From assembly GCA_021324885.1 (NCBI GenBank), contig JAJPIF010000029.1, forward strand, positions 1,078-65,077: a stretch of DNA of 64,000 nt, in the 5' to 3' direction. Origin of the DNA: Pseudomonadota bacterium. Lineage in GTDB: Bacteria; Desulfobacterota; Binatia; Binatales; Binataceae. Of the stretch, positions 9,331 to 19,399 are shown piece by piece. Numbering within the stretch: position 1 is the first letter of the stretch; each line of letters starts with the position of its first letter. The notes under the pieces are model-generated. The model did not search any database, had not been told where the DNA came from, and saw nothing but the letters and a program-made list of their open reading frames with translations. A program made the translations under genes and the position numbers.

Positions 9331-10731
9331 GTGAACAACCGCATCGACAAGGCGGCCGGAAAAAGACCGCGCAATCTTATCCGGAGCCGCTTCAAGCTCT
9401 CGCGCCTGCCCGAGGTTGAGGCTTTCACCGCTTCGCTGCCTTTCGACCGCCGTCTGTTTCACCATGACATCCGTGGCTCAATCGCTCATGCCCGGATGCT
9501 GGCGAAGACAGGACTGGTCAGCAAGGCGCAAGCCGATCGCATGATCAAGGGTCTGAAGCGGATCGAACGCGAAATCGAGGCGGGGGATTTTATCTTCGAT
9601 CCGGCCGACGAGGACATTCATCTGGCAATCGAGCGGCGCCTGACCGAAATCGCCGGCGCGGCTGGCGCCAGGCTCCATGCGGCCCGCTCGCGCAACGACC
9701 AGGTCGTGCTCGATCTGCGGATGTATCTCGCCGACGAAATCGCCGTCGTGCTGGGACTGCTCGATCGCCTCAAAGACAGCCTGATCGCGGTCGCCGAGGC
9801 GCACGTCGAGACCGTGATGCCGGGGTACACGCATCTGCAGCGCGCGCAGCCCGTCTCGCTGGCCCATCATGTGCTCGCTTATATTGAAATGTTCTCGCGC
9901 GACCGCGAACGCTTTGCGCAAACTCGCGAGCGCGTGCGCGTGATGCCGTTGGGGGCGGGCGCGCTGGCCGCCACGACTTTGCCGATCGATCGGCGCGCGG
10001 TGGCGCAGGAACTGGGTTTTCCCCGCCTGACTGAAAACAGCATGGATGCGGTATCGGATCGCGATTTTGCCGCCGATTTTATTTTCGCGGCGGCACTGTG
10101 CGGCGTCCATATCTCGCGTATGAGCGAGGACATCATTCTGTGGGCTACCGCGGAATTCGGCTTCCTCCAATTGCCCGACGAATTCTCGACCGGCAGTTCG
10201 ATGATGCCGCAGAAGAAGAATCCCGACCTGCTCGAACTGTTCCGCGGTAAGACCGGCCGCCTGGTGGGCGATCTGACCGCGCTGCTAACGACTCTCAAGG
10301 GATTGCCGATGGCCTACAATTCAGACCTTCAGGAGGACAAGGAGCGGGTCTTCGACGCGCTCGACACACTCAAGCCAATGCTGGACCTGATGGCCAAATT
10401 GTGGCCGCGGATGACATTCGATACGCAGCGGATGCGGGCGGCAGCGGGAGACGGCGCACTGGCCACCGACATCGCCGAAGAACTGGTAAGCCGCGGCCTG
10501 CCGTTTCGCAGCGCCCATGAAATCGTCGGACGCCTGGTACGCGAAGCGGCGGCGGCGGGCAAGCGGCTGGAAGATCTGAGCGACATGGAACTGCAGCGCC
10601 ATTGCGGAGCGCATGCCGGCAGCGTCAGGCGCCGGCTGTCGGCTGAGGAGTCGTTGCGCCGCCGCCAGGTGATCGGAGGACCCAGTCCGGCGATGGTGCG
10701 GCGCCGGTTGGCGCAACTGAAACGCCAATGA
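9331..10731 (+). CDS. argH: Argininosuccinate lyase
   Basis: DIRGSIAHARML, GYTHLQRAQP, fumarate-lyase signature GSSMMPQKKNPD. Confidence 0.92.
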   Translation: MNNRIDKAAGKRPRNLIRSRFKLSRLPEVEAFTASLPFDRRLFHHDIRGSIAHARMLAKTGLVSKAQADRMIKGLKRIEREIEAGDFIFDPADEDIHLAIERRLTEIAGAAGARLHAARSRNDQVVLDLRMYLADEIAVVLGLLDRLKDSLIAVAEAHVETVMPGYTHLQRAQPVSLAHHVLAYIEMFSRDRERFAQTRERVRVMPLGAGALAATTLPIDRRAVAQELGFPRLTENSMDAVSDRDFAADFIFAAALCGVHISRMSEDIILWATAEFGFLQLPDEFSTGSSMMPQKKNPDLLELFRGKTGRLVGDLTALLTTLKGLPMAYNSDLQEDKERVFDALDTLKPMLDLMAKLWPRMTFDTQRMRAAAGDGALATDIAEELVSRGLPFRSAHEIVGRLVREAAAAGKRLEDLSDMELQRHCGAHAGSVRRRLSAEESLRRRQVIGGPSPAMVRRRLAQLKRQ

Positions 10732-11219
10732 GCAAAATTGCGCCGTTAATTGTGCTGCTCGCCCTGGGGTCAGGGGCAATCTGCGCCGGATGCGGGGTAA
10801 AAAGCCACCCGCAACCGCCTTCCGCCGTACGCCCGCAGCGGATAACCGACCTGGAAGCGGTTGCGCTGAGCAGCGGAATCAGGCTTCGCTGGAGCCGGCC
10901 CGAGCGCTATACGGGCGGCGCTCGCTTGCGCGACCTTGGCAAGTTCGAAATTTTGCGGGCTATCGGCGGCGCCGAGCCCACTTTCCTGGCAAATATCCCG
11001 ATTACCGACCGCCAACGCTTTCACCAGCAGCACCGTTTCTCTTATCTGGACACCGACACCAAAATCGGCCAGCGCTATCGCTACCAGGTGATTGCCGTAA
11101 CCACGGACGGATATGAAAGCCAACCCTCCAATCAGGCCGAGGCGGTCAGAGCGGCGCCGACCCCAACGCCCAACCCGGAGAACTTCGTGCTGCCGACACC
11201 GGTGCCATTGCCGAAGTGA
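10728..11219 (+). CDS. Lipoprotein with FN3-like beta-sandwich domain (hypothetical)
   Basis: Signal peptide plus lipobox LALGSGAICAGC; RYRYQVIAVTTDGYESQPS FN3-like tail; ATGA overlap with argH. Confidence 0.65.
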   Translation: MSKIAPLIVLLALGSGAICAGCGVKSHPQPPSAVRPQRITDLEAVALSSGIRLRWSRPERYTGGARLRDLGKFEILRAIGGAEPTFLANIPITDRQRFHQQHRFSYLDTDTKIGQRYRYQVIAVTTDGYESQPSNQAEAVRAAPTPTPNPENFVLPTPVPLPK

Positions 11220-11260
11220 CCCGCTCGCACGCAAACGTGGCAGGGAGAACCCAAAGAAAT

Positions 11261-12448
11261 CTATTCAGTTTTGGTTAGCAGCTCGCGGCGGATGGCCTCG
11301 GTATGCTCGCCCAGCAGCGGCGCGCGCGGGCCGCTGCGCCATGGTGTAGCCGCCTGCTGGCGCGGTTGGCGCGGGTAAAGGAAGCTGCGGCCCAGTTCGG
11401 GATGTTCGATCTCCACGAAATTCTGCCGGGCCTGGCAATGCGGATCGGCGATCATGTCTTCCGCATAGCGGACCGCGCCGGCCGCCAAGCCGCATCCCTG
11501 CAAAGCGCGAAACGCTTCCATTGCCGGACGCCGCGCGGCCCATCGCGCGAGCATCGAGGGCAGCGCCTGAAAACGGCTGGGGTCGGTCGTCCTTAACGCC
11601 TCGGCATCCTCGACCAGTCCGTCGCGGGCGACCATCTCCGATATTTTTTTGAAATCGGCCGGCGGCAACCCCAGCACGTTGAGGTAAACACCGTCGGCGC
11701 ACCGCACCTGCATCGGCAAACGCCGAGTCTGATCGACACCGTTGAAGATGTAGCGGGGGACGGTGCCCTCCGTGCTGTGCGCCATCGCGTCATGGATCGC
11801 GGCGTCGATGAACTGTCCCGGTCCGCCCATCTGACGGCAAAGCAGCGCCGCCATCACGGCCATCGCGGCGTGCTCGCCCGCTTTGCACCAGGTTTGCCAT
11901 CCCAGAGGATTGAACGGCGGTGTGTCCCATCGGTTTCCCTCCACCGGGTCGTAGCCGCAGCAGTAGGCCATCCCGCCCAGGGCCGAATGTACGAGGTCCG
12001 AGGCTTTCAGGTCCCGCCACGGACCGTTCAGTCCAAAGGGAGTAATCGAGCAATAGATAATGTTCGGGCTGATTTCGGCCGCCCAGTCATAACCCAGGCC
12101 CAACCGATCCATTACGTCGGGTCCCTGGCTGTCGACAACCGCGTCGGCGGTGCGGATCAAAGCAGTGTAGAAGTCGCGCCCCTCGCTGCTATTCAGATCG
12201 ATAACTACTCCGCGCTTGGCCCGATTGTAGTTCCAGAAAAACAAACTGCGGTCGGGGTCACGGATGTCCTGGTAAAAGGGGCCAATGGCGCGCGAAGGGC
12301 TGCCGGTAGGCGGCTCGATCTTGATAACATCGGCGCCGTGTCCGGCCAGCAGCATCCCGCAGTACTCACCACGCTGGTCCCCTATTTCTAGAACTCGAAC
12401 ATCGTCCAGGCATCCTGGTGTTGAATGCAGTCCGGCGGTCGCAGGCAT
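11261..12448 (-). CDS. CoA-transferase family III (CaiB/BaiF) protein, type B paralog
   Basis: VLEIGDQRGEYCGMLLAGHGADVIKIEPP N-terminus; full-length ~395 aa. Confidence 0.88.
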   Translation of the reverse strand: MPATAGLHSTPGCLDDVRVLEIGDQRGEYCGMLLAGHGADVIKIEPPTGSPSRAIGPFYQDIRDPDRSLFFWNYNRAKRGVVIDLNSSEGRDFYTALIRTADAVVDSQGPDVMDRLGLGYDWAAEISPNIIYCSITPFGLNGPWRDLKASDLVHSALGGMAYCCGYDPVEGNRWDTPPFNPLGWQTWCKAGEHAAMAVMAALLCRQMGGPGQFIDAAIHDAMAHSTEGTVPRYIFNGVDQTRRLPMQVRCADGVYLNVLGLPPADFKKISEMVARDGLVEDAEALRTTDPSRFQALPSMLARWAARRPAMEAFRALQGCGLAAGAVRYAEDMIADPHCQARQNFVEIEHPELGRSFLYPRQPRQQAATPWRSGPRAPLLGEHTEAIRRELLTKTE

Positions 12449-13761
12449 CAGATTATACCTCGTTCCTCATATGCTGCGATCTCTTCGGCGGAAAGACCGA
12501 GCAAGGTCGAGAATACGTAATTGTTATCTTCACCGACGCACGGCGCTCCGCGCTGCGTAATGCCGCCGGGATGGGCGGGAGTGCGGGTCAGCCTGGGCGT
12601 AAAATGGCGCGTATGCGGCCAGGTGCCGAGGCGCGTGTGGGGCAAATCAACGAAAAAGCCGCGCACCTTCAGTTGCGGGTCGCGCTCGAACTTGTCACCC
12701 GGCGACTGCACGGCACCCGCCGCAACTCCAGCCTGCTGCAACTGGTACATCAGTGCGTATTTCTCGCGCTTTTTCGTCCATTCCTCGAGGTGCGCATCCA
12801 GCAGATCGAGATTAGCCAGTCGATTTCGCATGTCGGCAAATCTCGAATCACCCGCCCACGATGGATAACCCATCTCCCGGCATAGAGCAGTCCACTCCTG
12901 TTCATTAAACACCGCTATTGCTATCCAGTTGTCCTCGCCGGCGCACCGGTAGATACCATGTGGAGCGGCGTCGAGGTAGGGAGAGCGATTGCCCACGCGC
13001 GTGGACCTTCGACCGTTTGCGCTGTACTCGAGAACTGCGGTGCCGCTCAGAAACAGTCCCGGTTCATACTGCGCCTGATCGATATACTGGCCCTTTCCGG
13101 TGCGGTTGCGGTAGTAGAGCGCCGCCATCAGGGCCATGGCGCCGTAAAACGGCGGCGTCACATCCATATATGAATGGTTCCACATCGTGGGCGGATGCGG
13201 TTCGGGCAGCCCGGTCAGCGCGCCAATCCCGCTCATCACCTGCGCCGTCGGTCCATACGAAGCGTAGCCGCTGTAGGGACCGGTGCTGCCGAAGCCTGCC
13301 ATCTGTAAATAAATGATGTCGGACTTGATTGACTTGAGCGTTTCGTAGTCCAGCCCCCAACTGCGCATTGCGTTGGGCCGGAATCCCTCGATTACTATAT
13401 CGCTGATTCCGACCAATTTTTTGAACAGCTCGAGGCCTTCCGGTGCGCGCATATTGAGCGTGATGCCCAGTTTGCCGGCGTTGCGGTCGCTGAACAGTCC
13501 GCTGAGGTTGGCCTCCGGCACGGCCTGCATCGATTTCGGTGCCGCCGGCGCTTTCAACGGACCAAGGGGCGGCGGTTTGGGCCGGGCCTGGAGCTGGCGG
13601 CGGGTGAAGTCGAGATGTCCGGGCCATTCGATACGAATCACCTCCGCACCCAGGCTGGCGAGTATAACGGTGGTGCCGGCGCTCGCCAGCATCCAGGTCA
13701 GATCGACAATCCGCACACCGCGAAGCGGCTGCGGCGCAATCGCGTTTGTCATTCGCTTCAC
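12448..13761 (-). CDS. CoA-transferase family III (CaiB/BaiF) protein, type A paralog
   Basis: RIVDLTWMLASAGTTVILASLGAEVIRIE N-terminus; 1-nt stop/start overlap with downstream CoA-transferase. Confidence 0.88.
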   Translation of the reverse strand: MKRMTNAIAPQPLRGVRIVDLTWMLASAGTTVILASLGAEVIRIEWPGHLDFTRRQLQARPKPPPLGPLKAPAAPKSMQAVPEANLSGLFSDRNAGKLGITLNMRAPEGLELFKKLVGISDIVIEGFRPNAMRSWGLDYETLKSIKSDIIYLQMAGFGSTGPYSGYASYGPTAQVMSGIGALTGLPEPHPPTMWNHSYMDVTPPFYGAMALMAALYYRNRTGKGQYIDQAQYEPGLFLSGTAVLEYSANGRRSTRVGNRSPYLDAAPHGIYRCAGEDNWIAIAVFNEQEWTALCREMGYPSWAGDSRFADMRNRLANLDLLDAHLEEWTKKREKYALMYQLQQAGVAAGAVQSPGDKFERDPQLKVRGFFVDLPHTRLGTWPHTRHFTPRLTRTPAHPGGITQRGAPCVGEDNNYVFSTLLGLSAEEIAAYEERGII

Positions 13762-13836
13762 CGATCAGTGTCTGAAAGTAAAACGAATCCTGGCCGATAG
13801 CTGCGTTCGAATTTAACCAGGGGCCGGCGATTCGCG

Positions 13837-14943
13837 CTATTCAAGATGGTACAGCCTGACGGCGTTGCCGGCGCACAGTTTCGCGCGTTCCTCGAGCGTG
13901 CACGGCGCCATCTGTTTTTCGATGTAGGAGCGCGAATTGGGCCATGTGGTCACGCTGTGCGGATAATCCGACGCCCAAATCAGGTTGTCGGAACCGGTAA
14001 ACTTCAGATTGGCGCAGGCGACCGCGTCATCCATGAACGTGATGTAAACCTGGCGGCGGATATATTCGCTGGGCGGCGCGGTCAGTTCGAGCCTGCTCCA
14101 ATGGCGCTGGCGGTTGAATTGGTCATCGCACAGGATCATGAAGAACGCCAGCCATCCGCCGTCGCTCTCCGCCGAAACCACTTTGAGTCCGGGGAAGCGA
14201 TGGAGCGCGCCGCTGAAAACGATATGGCTCAGCGGCTCCAGGGCGGCGAAAAAGCGCAGTACGATGCTGGCCACCATCGTGCCGGGATGGGGCGTGACCG
14301 ACATCCCGCGCGGAATGTTGCGGCCAATCGCGCGATGGAAATGCAGCGGAGCGTCCAATTCCTGCGCCGCCGCCCATAGCGGTTCGTACTGCGGATCGGT
14401 AAAAAGCTTGTCCGGGTAAGTCGGCAGAATAGCGCCGCGATGGCCCTTGCGGACGCATCGGCGCAGCTCCTCGACCGCCACGTCGATACCGTCGTCAACC
14501 GGCAACATCGCCAGGGCGATGATCCGCTGCGGATTGGCGGCGGCAAAGTCGTCAAAGAGCCAGTCGTTGTAGGCGCGAAAGCAGGCCAGCCGCAGCTCGC
14601 GATCCTTGATCGTCGGCAGACCCATCGCAAAACCTGGATAGATCACGCTGGCGTCAACGCCATCGCGATCCTGATCCTTGAGATGCTCGATTGGGTCGTA
14701 ATTGCCCGCCAGCAAATCGGAAAAGCGCAGGCCCTTGTCCCTGTATTCCTCGAACGATTTGCCGGCCAGCGACCCCAGTCCGAAAGGCATCGGCGGCCGG
14801 CCCTCGACCGTCCATCCTTCTCCCCCGTCGCCGGTCTCGACCACTTTTGGGCCGGCTTCGCGGAGATGACTCGGCAACCGATCCCTGAAACAATTGGGCG
14901 GCTCGTTGACGTGTGAATCGCCGGAAATGACCCTGTAATTCAT
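13837..14943 (-). CDS. Amidohydrolase-2 family protein (ACMSD-like metal-dependent hydrolase/decarboxylase)
   Basis: ISGDSHVNEP N-terminal motif; SDYPH near C-terminus; paralog of 34525..35631 and 46006..47118. Confidence 0.85.
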   Translation of the reverse strand: MNYRVISGDSHVNEPPNCFRDRLPSHLREAGPKVVETGDGGEGWTVEGRPPMPFGLGSLAGKSFEEYRDKGLRFSDLLAGNYDPIEHLKDQDRDGVDASVIYPGFAMGLPTIKDRELRLACFRAYNDWLFDDFAAANPQRIIALAMLPVDDGIDVAVEELRRCVRKGHRGAILPTYPDKLFTDPQYEPLWAAAQELDAPLHFHRAIGRNIPRGMSVTPHPGTMVASIVLRFFAALEPLSHIVFSGALHRFPGLKVVSAESDGGWLAFFMILCDDQFNRQRHWSRLELTAPPSEYIRRQVYITFMDDAVACANLKFTGSDNLIWASDYPHSVTTWPNSRSYIEKQMAPCTLEERAKLCAGNAVRLYHLE

Positions 14944-15164
14944 TGGGCAACTCCTTTCAGGCAGATGCCGGAGCCTGTCTGCGAATGCCGTTTAGCACGA
15001 TTTTCCCCAAAGAGCGAAGGGACCGGTTATCCGGATCCGAGGAATACGCATCAATGTGCGCTAAATTGATGAATTAACAGCAAGCGAAATTGGGGCTACA
15101 CTGTTTATAACCCTGTGGCCCGATATTGCGAAGAGGAAAAAGGATCACTTTAGAATCTTGACGG

Positions 15165-15773
15165 ATGCCACCGCAGCGTATCTTCACACCACCGGAACCG
15201 CCGGCTATCGGTGATCAGGAGGGATGGTTTGAAATCCGTCCGATTGGCACGCCTTTGGGGATGCGCGAACTTGCCCGTCTGCATAAGCGCGCATGGTCCG
15301 GCGTCGGCATAACGGAAAAACCCGTGCTGATGAACCTGTGGCCGATGGCCCAGCATTTCGGACTTTATTGGATCAAGCGCGGCGCGGAAGGCCAGCGTCC
15401 CCCGATCGTCGGAGCGTTCTGGGCGCGCTCTCTGGCGGAAGCTCCACTTACCGTTGGCCATCTCTACCCGGCAGAACTGTTCAAGGGTCTGATGGCCAGC
15501 GAGGTTTTCGAGTTCGGCGGCCTGGTAATCGATCCGGCCGTGCAGAAGCGGGGTTTAACCAAGGCGCTCGCCGATGGCGCCCGACTGTTTATTTTCTCGC
15601 GCCGCCCGGAACTGCTCATTACCAACCCGGTCGAGGCGCTCTACCCGATTTACAAGAGCTTCGGGCTGAAGACGGTAGGAAACAAGCCGGTGGATTACCC
15701 TTACCTGCCGGGCGCCAAGGTCTGGTTGATGTACGCCCGCTTCAAGGACATCGCGTTGCCCTATTTCATGTAA
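15165..15773 (+). CDS. Hypothetical protein, possible GNAT-fold N-acyltransferase
   Basis: VFEFGGLVIDPAVQKRGL segment resembles acyltransferase core; AT-rich promoter region upstream; assignment weak. Confidence 0.45.
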   Translation: MPPQRIFTPPEPPAIGDQEGWFEIRPIGTPLGMRELARLHKRAWSGVGITEKPVLMNLWPMAQHFGLYWIKRGAEGQRPPIVGAFWARSLAEAPLTVGHLYPAELFKGLMASEVFEFGGLVIDPAVQKRGLTKALADGARLFIFSRRPELLITNPVEALYPIYKSFGLKTVGNKPVDYPYLPGAKVWLMYARFKDIALPYFM

Positions 15774-15814
15774 GACGGCGGCGGATTTACGGGATGCGAC
15801 CGGCGTGACGACGG

Positions 15815-16627
15815 TTAGCGGGAACTGACCACCCGAAGTTCGCGCAGTTCGCGCAATTCGAGCCTCTTCCGAGCGGTGGGATCGTCGCAATCATCGCGTT
15901 GCGCCCATTGACGAAAGATGATGGTCGCCACGCAAATGACATAAAACCCGGCTCCAACCCACATCAGCAGTCCCCCAGCTATCTGATCGGCCATCGGCGA
16001 CATACCGAAGGGATGGGGCCCTTCCAGGTACCAGGGATAGATTACCGAGGTCGCAAACGAAATCGGTGCAGCGACCGCTGCCATGGGAATCAGTTCCAGG
16101 AAAAGATAGAGCTCCTGAGCCGGATAGCTGAGCCGGGGAAACTCCGTCAACGGACTATAAAGCGGCCACCAGAAAATCACCGACACCGCCATCAACACCA
16201 GGTGAACGCCGATATGGAACGCGTCGTTGCGGCACATCAGGTCGTAAACCCGGGGAGCATGCATCGCGACCAGTGCCGCATTGTAAACCATGAAGGCCAT
16301 GACCGGATTGAAGAACAGGCGCGCCAGCGGCTTGATCCAACGATTCAGTATCAGCGGACGCACCATCCAGTCGGGCAGACCGACCAGTAGCAGCGGCGGC
16401 ATCATCAGGCATAGCATCAGATGCTGGAACATGTGGGCCACGAAAAGGCGATCATCCTCGAGCTCGTCAACCGGTCCGCACAGTGAGAAGACGATCACGA
16501 TTAGGGCTCCGGCAAACGCGATTGCTTGCGTTCTGGTAACACCGCGGCCGCTGACGCGCGCGGCCACGATGTAGGCGGCGGCCATCAGGCCGACGCCAAT
16601 CAAAACGCTTGGATGCATGCTTTCCAT
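15815..16627 (-). CDS. ctaG: Cytochrome c oxidase (caa3-type) assembly factor CtaG
   Basis: HMFQHLMLCLMMPPLLLVGLP motif, multi-TM; start MESMHPS chosen. Confidence 0.78.
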   Translation of the reverse strand: MESMHPSVLIGVGLMAAAYIVAARVSGRGVTRTQAIAFAGALIVIVFSLCGPVDELEDDRLFVAHMFQHLMLCLMMPPLLLVGLPDWMVRPLILNRWIKPLARLFFNPVMAFMVYNAALVAMHAPRVYDLMCRNDAFHIGVHLVLMAVSVIFWWPLYSPLTEFPRLSYPAQELYLFLELIPMAAVAAPISFATSVIYPWYLEGPHPFGMSPMADQIAGGLLMWVGAGFYVICVATIIFRQWAQRDDCDDPTARKRLELRELRELRVVSSR

Positions 16628-16632
16628 GGGAA

Positions 16633-16950
16633 TTAAAATCCGGCGAAAAATCTCACCATCAGACCCACCAGCACAATCACCACGGAAGCGGCAAGCGCGA
16701 GGCCGGGAAGAAAGATTCCGCTGAACGCCCAACTGTCGTAGTGAAGGTGCATATAAAACAGCACCACCAACGCGAACTTAGCGCCCGACAGGACTACCAG
16801 CAGCGGAACGAGAACCGGCTGCAACGCATGGACATACGAAACCCAGACTTCGAACGCGGTCAGGAAGGCAAGGATGCCGGCGACGACCAGGTATGCGAAG
16901 GTCCGCGAATCATGGTCGCCGGCTTCAGCCGTATGCTCTTGGGGGCTCAT
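16633..16950 (-). CDS. Cytochrome c oxidase subunit IV (caa3 small subunit)
   Basis: LSGAKFALVVLFYMHLHYD motif; ATGA overlap with subunit I/III gene. Confidence 0.72.
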   Translation of the reverse strand: MSPQEHTAEAGDHDSRTFAYLVVAGILAFLTAFEVWVSYVHALQPVLVPLLVVLSGAKFALVVLFYMHLHYDSWAFSGIFLPGLALAASVVIVLVGLMVRFFAGF

Positions 16951-19391
16951 GCTTTGGCTATCGACCTCATCAGGTACACAATGCTGAAAATTACGATCCA
17001 CACGATATCGACGAAATGCCAGTATAGCGCGGCGCACTCCACCGCGATATCGCGATGGCGTTCCTTGAACCAGTCGGTAAATGAGGCGCCAACCAGCGAC
17101 AGGAGTATTATCACACCGATAGCGACGTGAGCGCCATGGAATCCGACCATCGTGTAAAAGGTTTGACTGAACAGGTTGGTACCCAGCGACATTCCTTCGG
17201 TATAGAAGGTGTGGAACTCGAAGACCTGCCCAGCCAGAAATACGGACCCGAAGAATATGGTGAGGAACAGCCAGCGCAGGCCCCAGGTTCGATCGCCGCG
17301 GCGATAACCTTCCTGCGCCAGCACCATCGTCACGCTGCTCATCAGCAGGATAAAAGTGGTTCCGATGACCAGCGGCATCTCAAGGATTGTCTCCGCGGTC
17401 GGTCCGCCGAGATCGCGCCCCTTGTAGACGAGATAGGTGGCAATCAGCGAGGCGAAGAACAGCGACTCCGACGCGATAAAGGACCAGACGCCGACCTTGC
17501 GGTTATCCAATCCGGTAAAGATGCCGACCGCTTCGGGATTTTCCGAGCCCGCTTCACGGTACTCGAACGCCATCGCGATCGCACAAAATAAGGTCAGGGC
17601 TGCGCCGCAGAGCGCCACTCGGAGCCAGTCCAGCATTCCAACCACCGCCATGGTTATGCCCAAAGCAAGGAGCAGCGGATAGATCGAGGGGGCAGGCATA
17701 TGGATATGCCCGCTGTCCTCGTTCTCATGCGCGGGCAGGGGAGCAGGCGGCACGACGCCGCTCTCATAACCATACTTGTCATGCCAGAACTGATCGCGGG
17801 AGCGCACGATCGGGATGGTGCTGAAATTGTAAGCGGGCGGAGGCGAAGGAATTTTCCATTCCAGACCGCGGCCATCCCAGGGGTCGGGTCCGGCCAATTC
17901 GCCGTCGCGCATGGTCAGAAGGATGTTGATCAACAGGATGGCGACTGAGGCCGCCATTATGAATGCGCCGATCGTGCACAACAGGTTGACGGAATCCCAT
18001 CCCATGTGCGGGGAAAAGCGGTAAATCCGCCGCGGCATCCCCTCGGCTCCCAGTAGGTGCATCGGAAAAAACGTCAGGTTGAAGCCAACAACCATGGTCC
18101 AGAATTGAAGTCTTCCGAGCTTTTCGTTCAACAGTCTGCCGGTGATTTTGGGCCACCAATAGTACAGGCCTCCGAGCAATGCGAAGGCGGTGCCTCCGAA
18201 CAGCACGTAGTGGAAATGCGCAACCACGAAATAGGAATCGGTTTGCTGCAAATCAACCGGCGGCTGCGCATGCATGATGCCGCTGAGACCGCCCATAGTG
18301 AATTGAATGACAAAGGCGATGGCGTACATCAACGGCGTCTTCATCTTCAAATCGCCGCCCCACATGGTCGCAATCCAGCTGAAGATTTTTATGCCAGTGG
18401 GAATCGCGATCAGCATCGAGGTCAACGCGAATGCGCTGTCTGCCGCCGGACCCATCCCGACCGCGAACATGTGATGAGCCCATACGCCGTAGGAAAGAAA
18501 GCCGATAAGCGCGGTCGAGTAAGCCATCGCCGGATAGCCGTAAAGCGGCTTGCGAGAGAAGGTCGGCGTGATTTCCGAAATGATGCCAAAGGCGGGAAGC
18601 GCCATGATGTACACTTCGGGATGACCAAACAACCAGAACAGGTGCTGCCATAAAAGCGGCGTGGCGCCCGCGACTACCCGGTAAAAATGCGTGCCGAAGA
18701 AGCGGTCCATGGCGAGGAAGATAAGCCCCACTGTCAACGGCGGGAACGCAACCAGGATCAGAACGAACATCACCATCATCGACCACACGAACAGCGGCAG
18801 TCGCATGAAGGTCATGCCGGGCGCGCGCATATTGATTACGGTGGTAAGCAGGTTGATCCCGGCCAGCACGCTTCCCACCCCGGAGATCAGCAGCCCCAGC
18901 GTCCACAGATTGATGTTCAAGCCGGGTGAGTAATAGCTTTCAGTCAGGTTCGCGTAACCAAACCATCCCGCATCGGGGGCCATGTTGTACAGCCATCCGA
19001 CATTGAGCACGATCGCGCCAAACAGGAAGATCCAGTAGCTGAGTGCGTTAAGGCGTGGGAAGGCGACGTCGCGGGCGCCAATCTGCAGCGGCACGACGAA
19101 GTTGGCGAAGAAGCCCAGTCCCGCCGGCATCACGACCAGAAAGATCATGGTGGTGCCGTGCATGGTGAACATCTCGTTGTAGAGATACGCGCTTAGAAAG
19201 GTATTGTCGGGGCGCGCGAGCTGGATTCGCATCAACAGCGCCTCAATTCCGCCCGCCAGGAAGAAGAACAGCACGGTCACGCCGTAAAGGACGGCGATGC
19301 GCTTGTGGTCGATTGTGGTCAACCAGCTGAGAATGCCGCCGCCGTGCAGATAACTTTCTTCAGCCTCTATATGTTTTGGTAAAGCGACCAT
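16947..19391 (-). CDS. ctaD: Cytochrome c oxidase subunit I/III fusion (caa3-type)
   Basis: COX1 heme-copper motifs in first ~560 aa, COX3-like C-terminal ~250 aa; 814 aa. Confidence 0.92.
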   Translation of the reverse strand: MVALPKHIEAEESYLHGGGILSWLTTIDHKRIAVLYGVTVLFFFLAGGIEALLMRIQLARPDNTFLSAYLYNEMFTMHGTTMIFLVVMPAGLGFFANFVVPLQIGARDVAFPRLNALSYWIFLFGAIVLNVGWLYNMAPDAGWFGYANLTESYYSPGLNINLWTLGLLISGVGSVLAGINLLTTVINMRAPGMTFMRLPLFVWSMMVMFVLILVAFPPLTVGLIFLAMDRFFGTHFYRVVAGATPLLWQHLFWLFGHPEVYIMALPAFGIISEITPTFSRKPLYGYPAMAYSTALIGFLSYGVWAHHMFAVGMGPAADSAFALTSMLIAIPTGIKIFSWIATMWGGDLKMKTPLMYAIAFVIQFTMGGLSGIMHAQPPVDLQQTDSYFVVAHFHYVLFGGTAFALLGGLYYWWPKITGRLLNEKLGRLQFWTMVVGFNLTFFPMHLLGAEGMPRRIYRFSPHMGWDSVNLLCTIGAFIMAASVAILLINILLTMRDGELAGPDPWDGRGLEWKIPSPPPAYNFSTIPIVRSRDQFWHDKYGYESGVVPPAPLPAHENEDSGHIHMPAPSIYPLLLALGITMAVVGMLDWLRVALCGAALTLFCAIAMAFEYREAGSENPEAVGIFTGLDNRKVGVWSFIASESLFFASLIATYLVYKGRDLGGPTAETILEMPLVIGTTFILLMSSVTMVLAQEGYRRGDRTWGLRWLFLTIFFGSVFLAGQVFEFHTFYTEGMSLGTNLFSQTFYTMVGFHGAHVAIGVIILLSLVGASFTDWFKERHRDIAVECAALYWHFVDIVWIVIFSIVYLMRSIAKA

Positions 19392-19399
19392 GTTTATCC

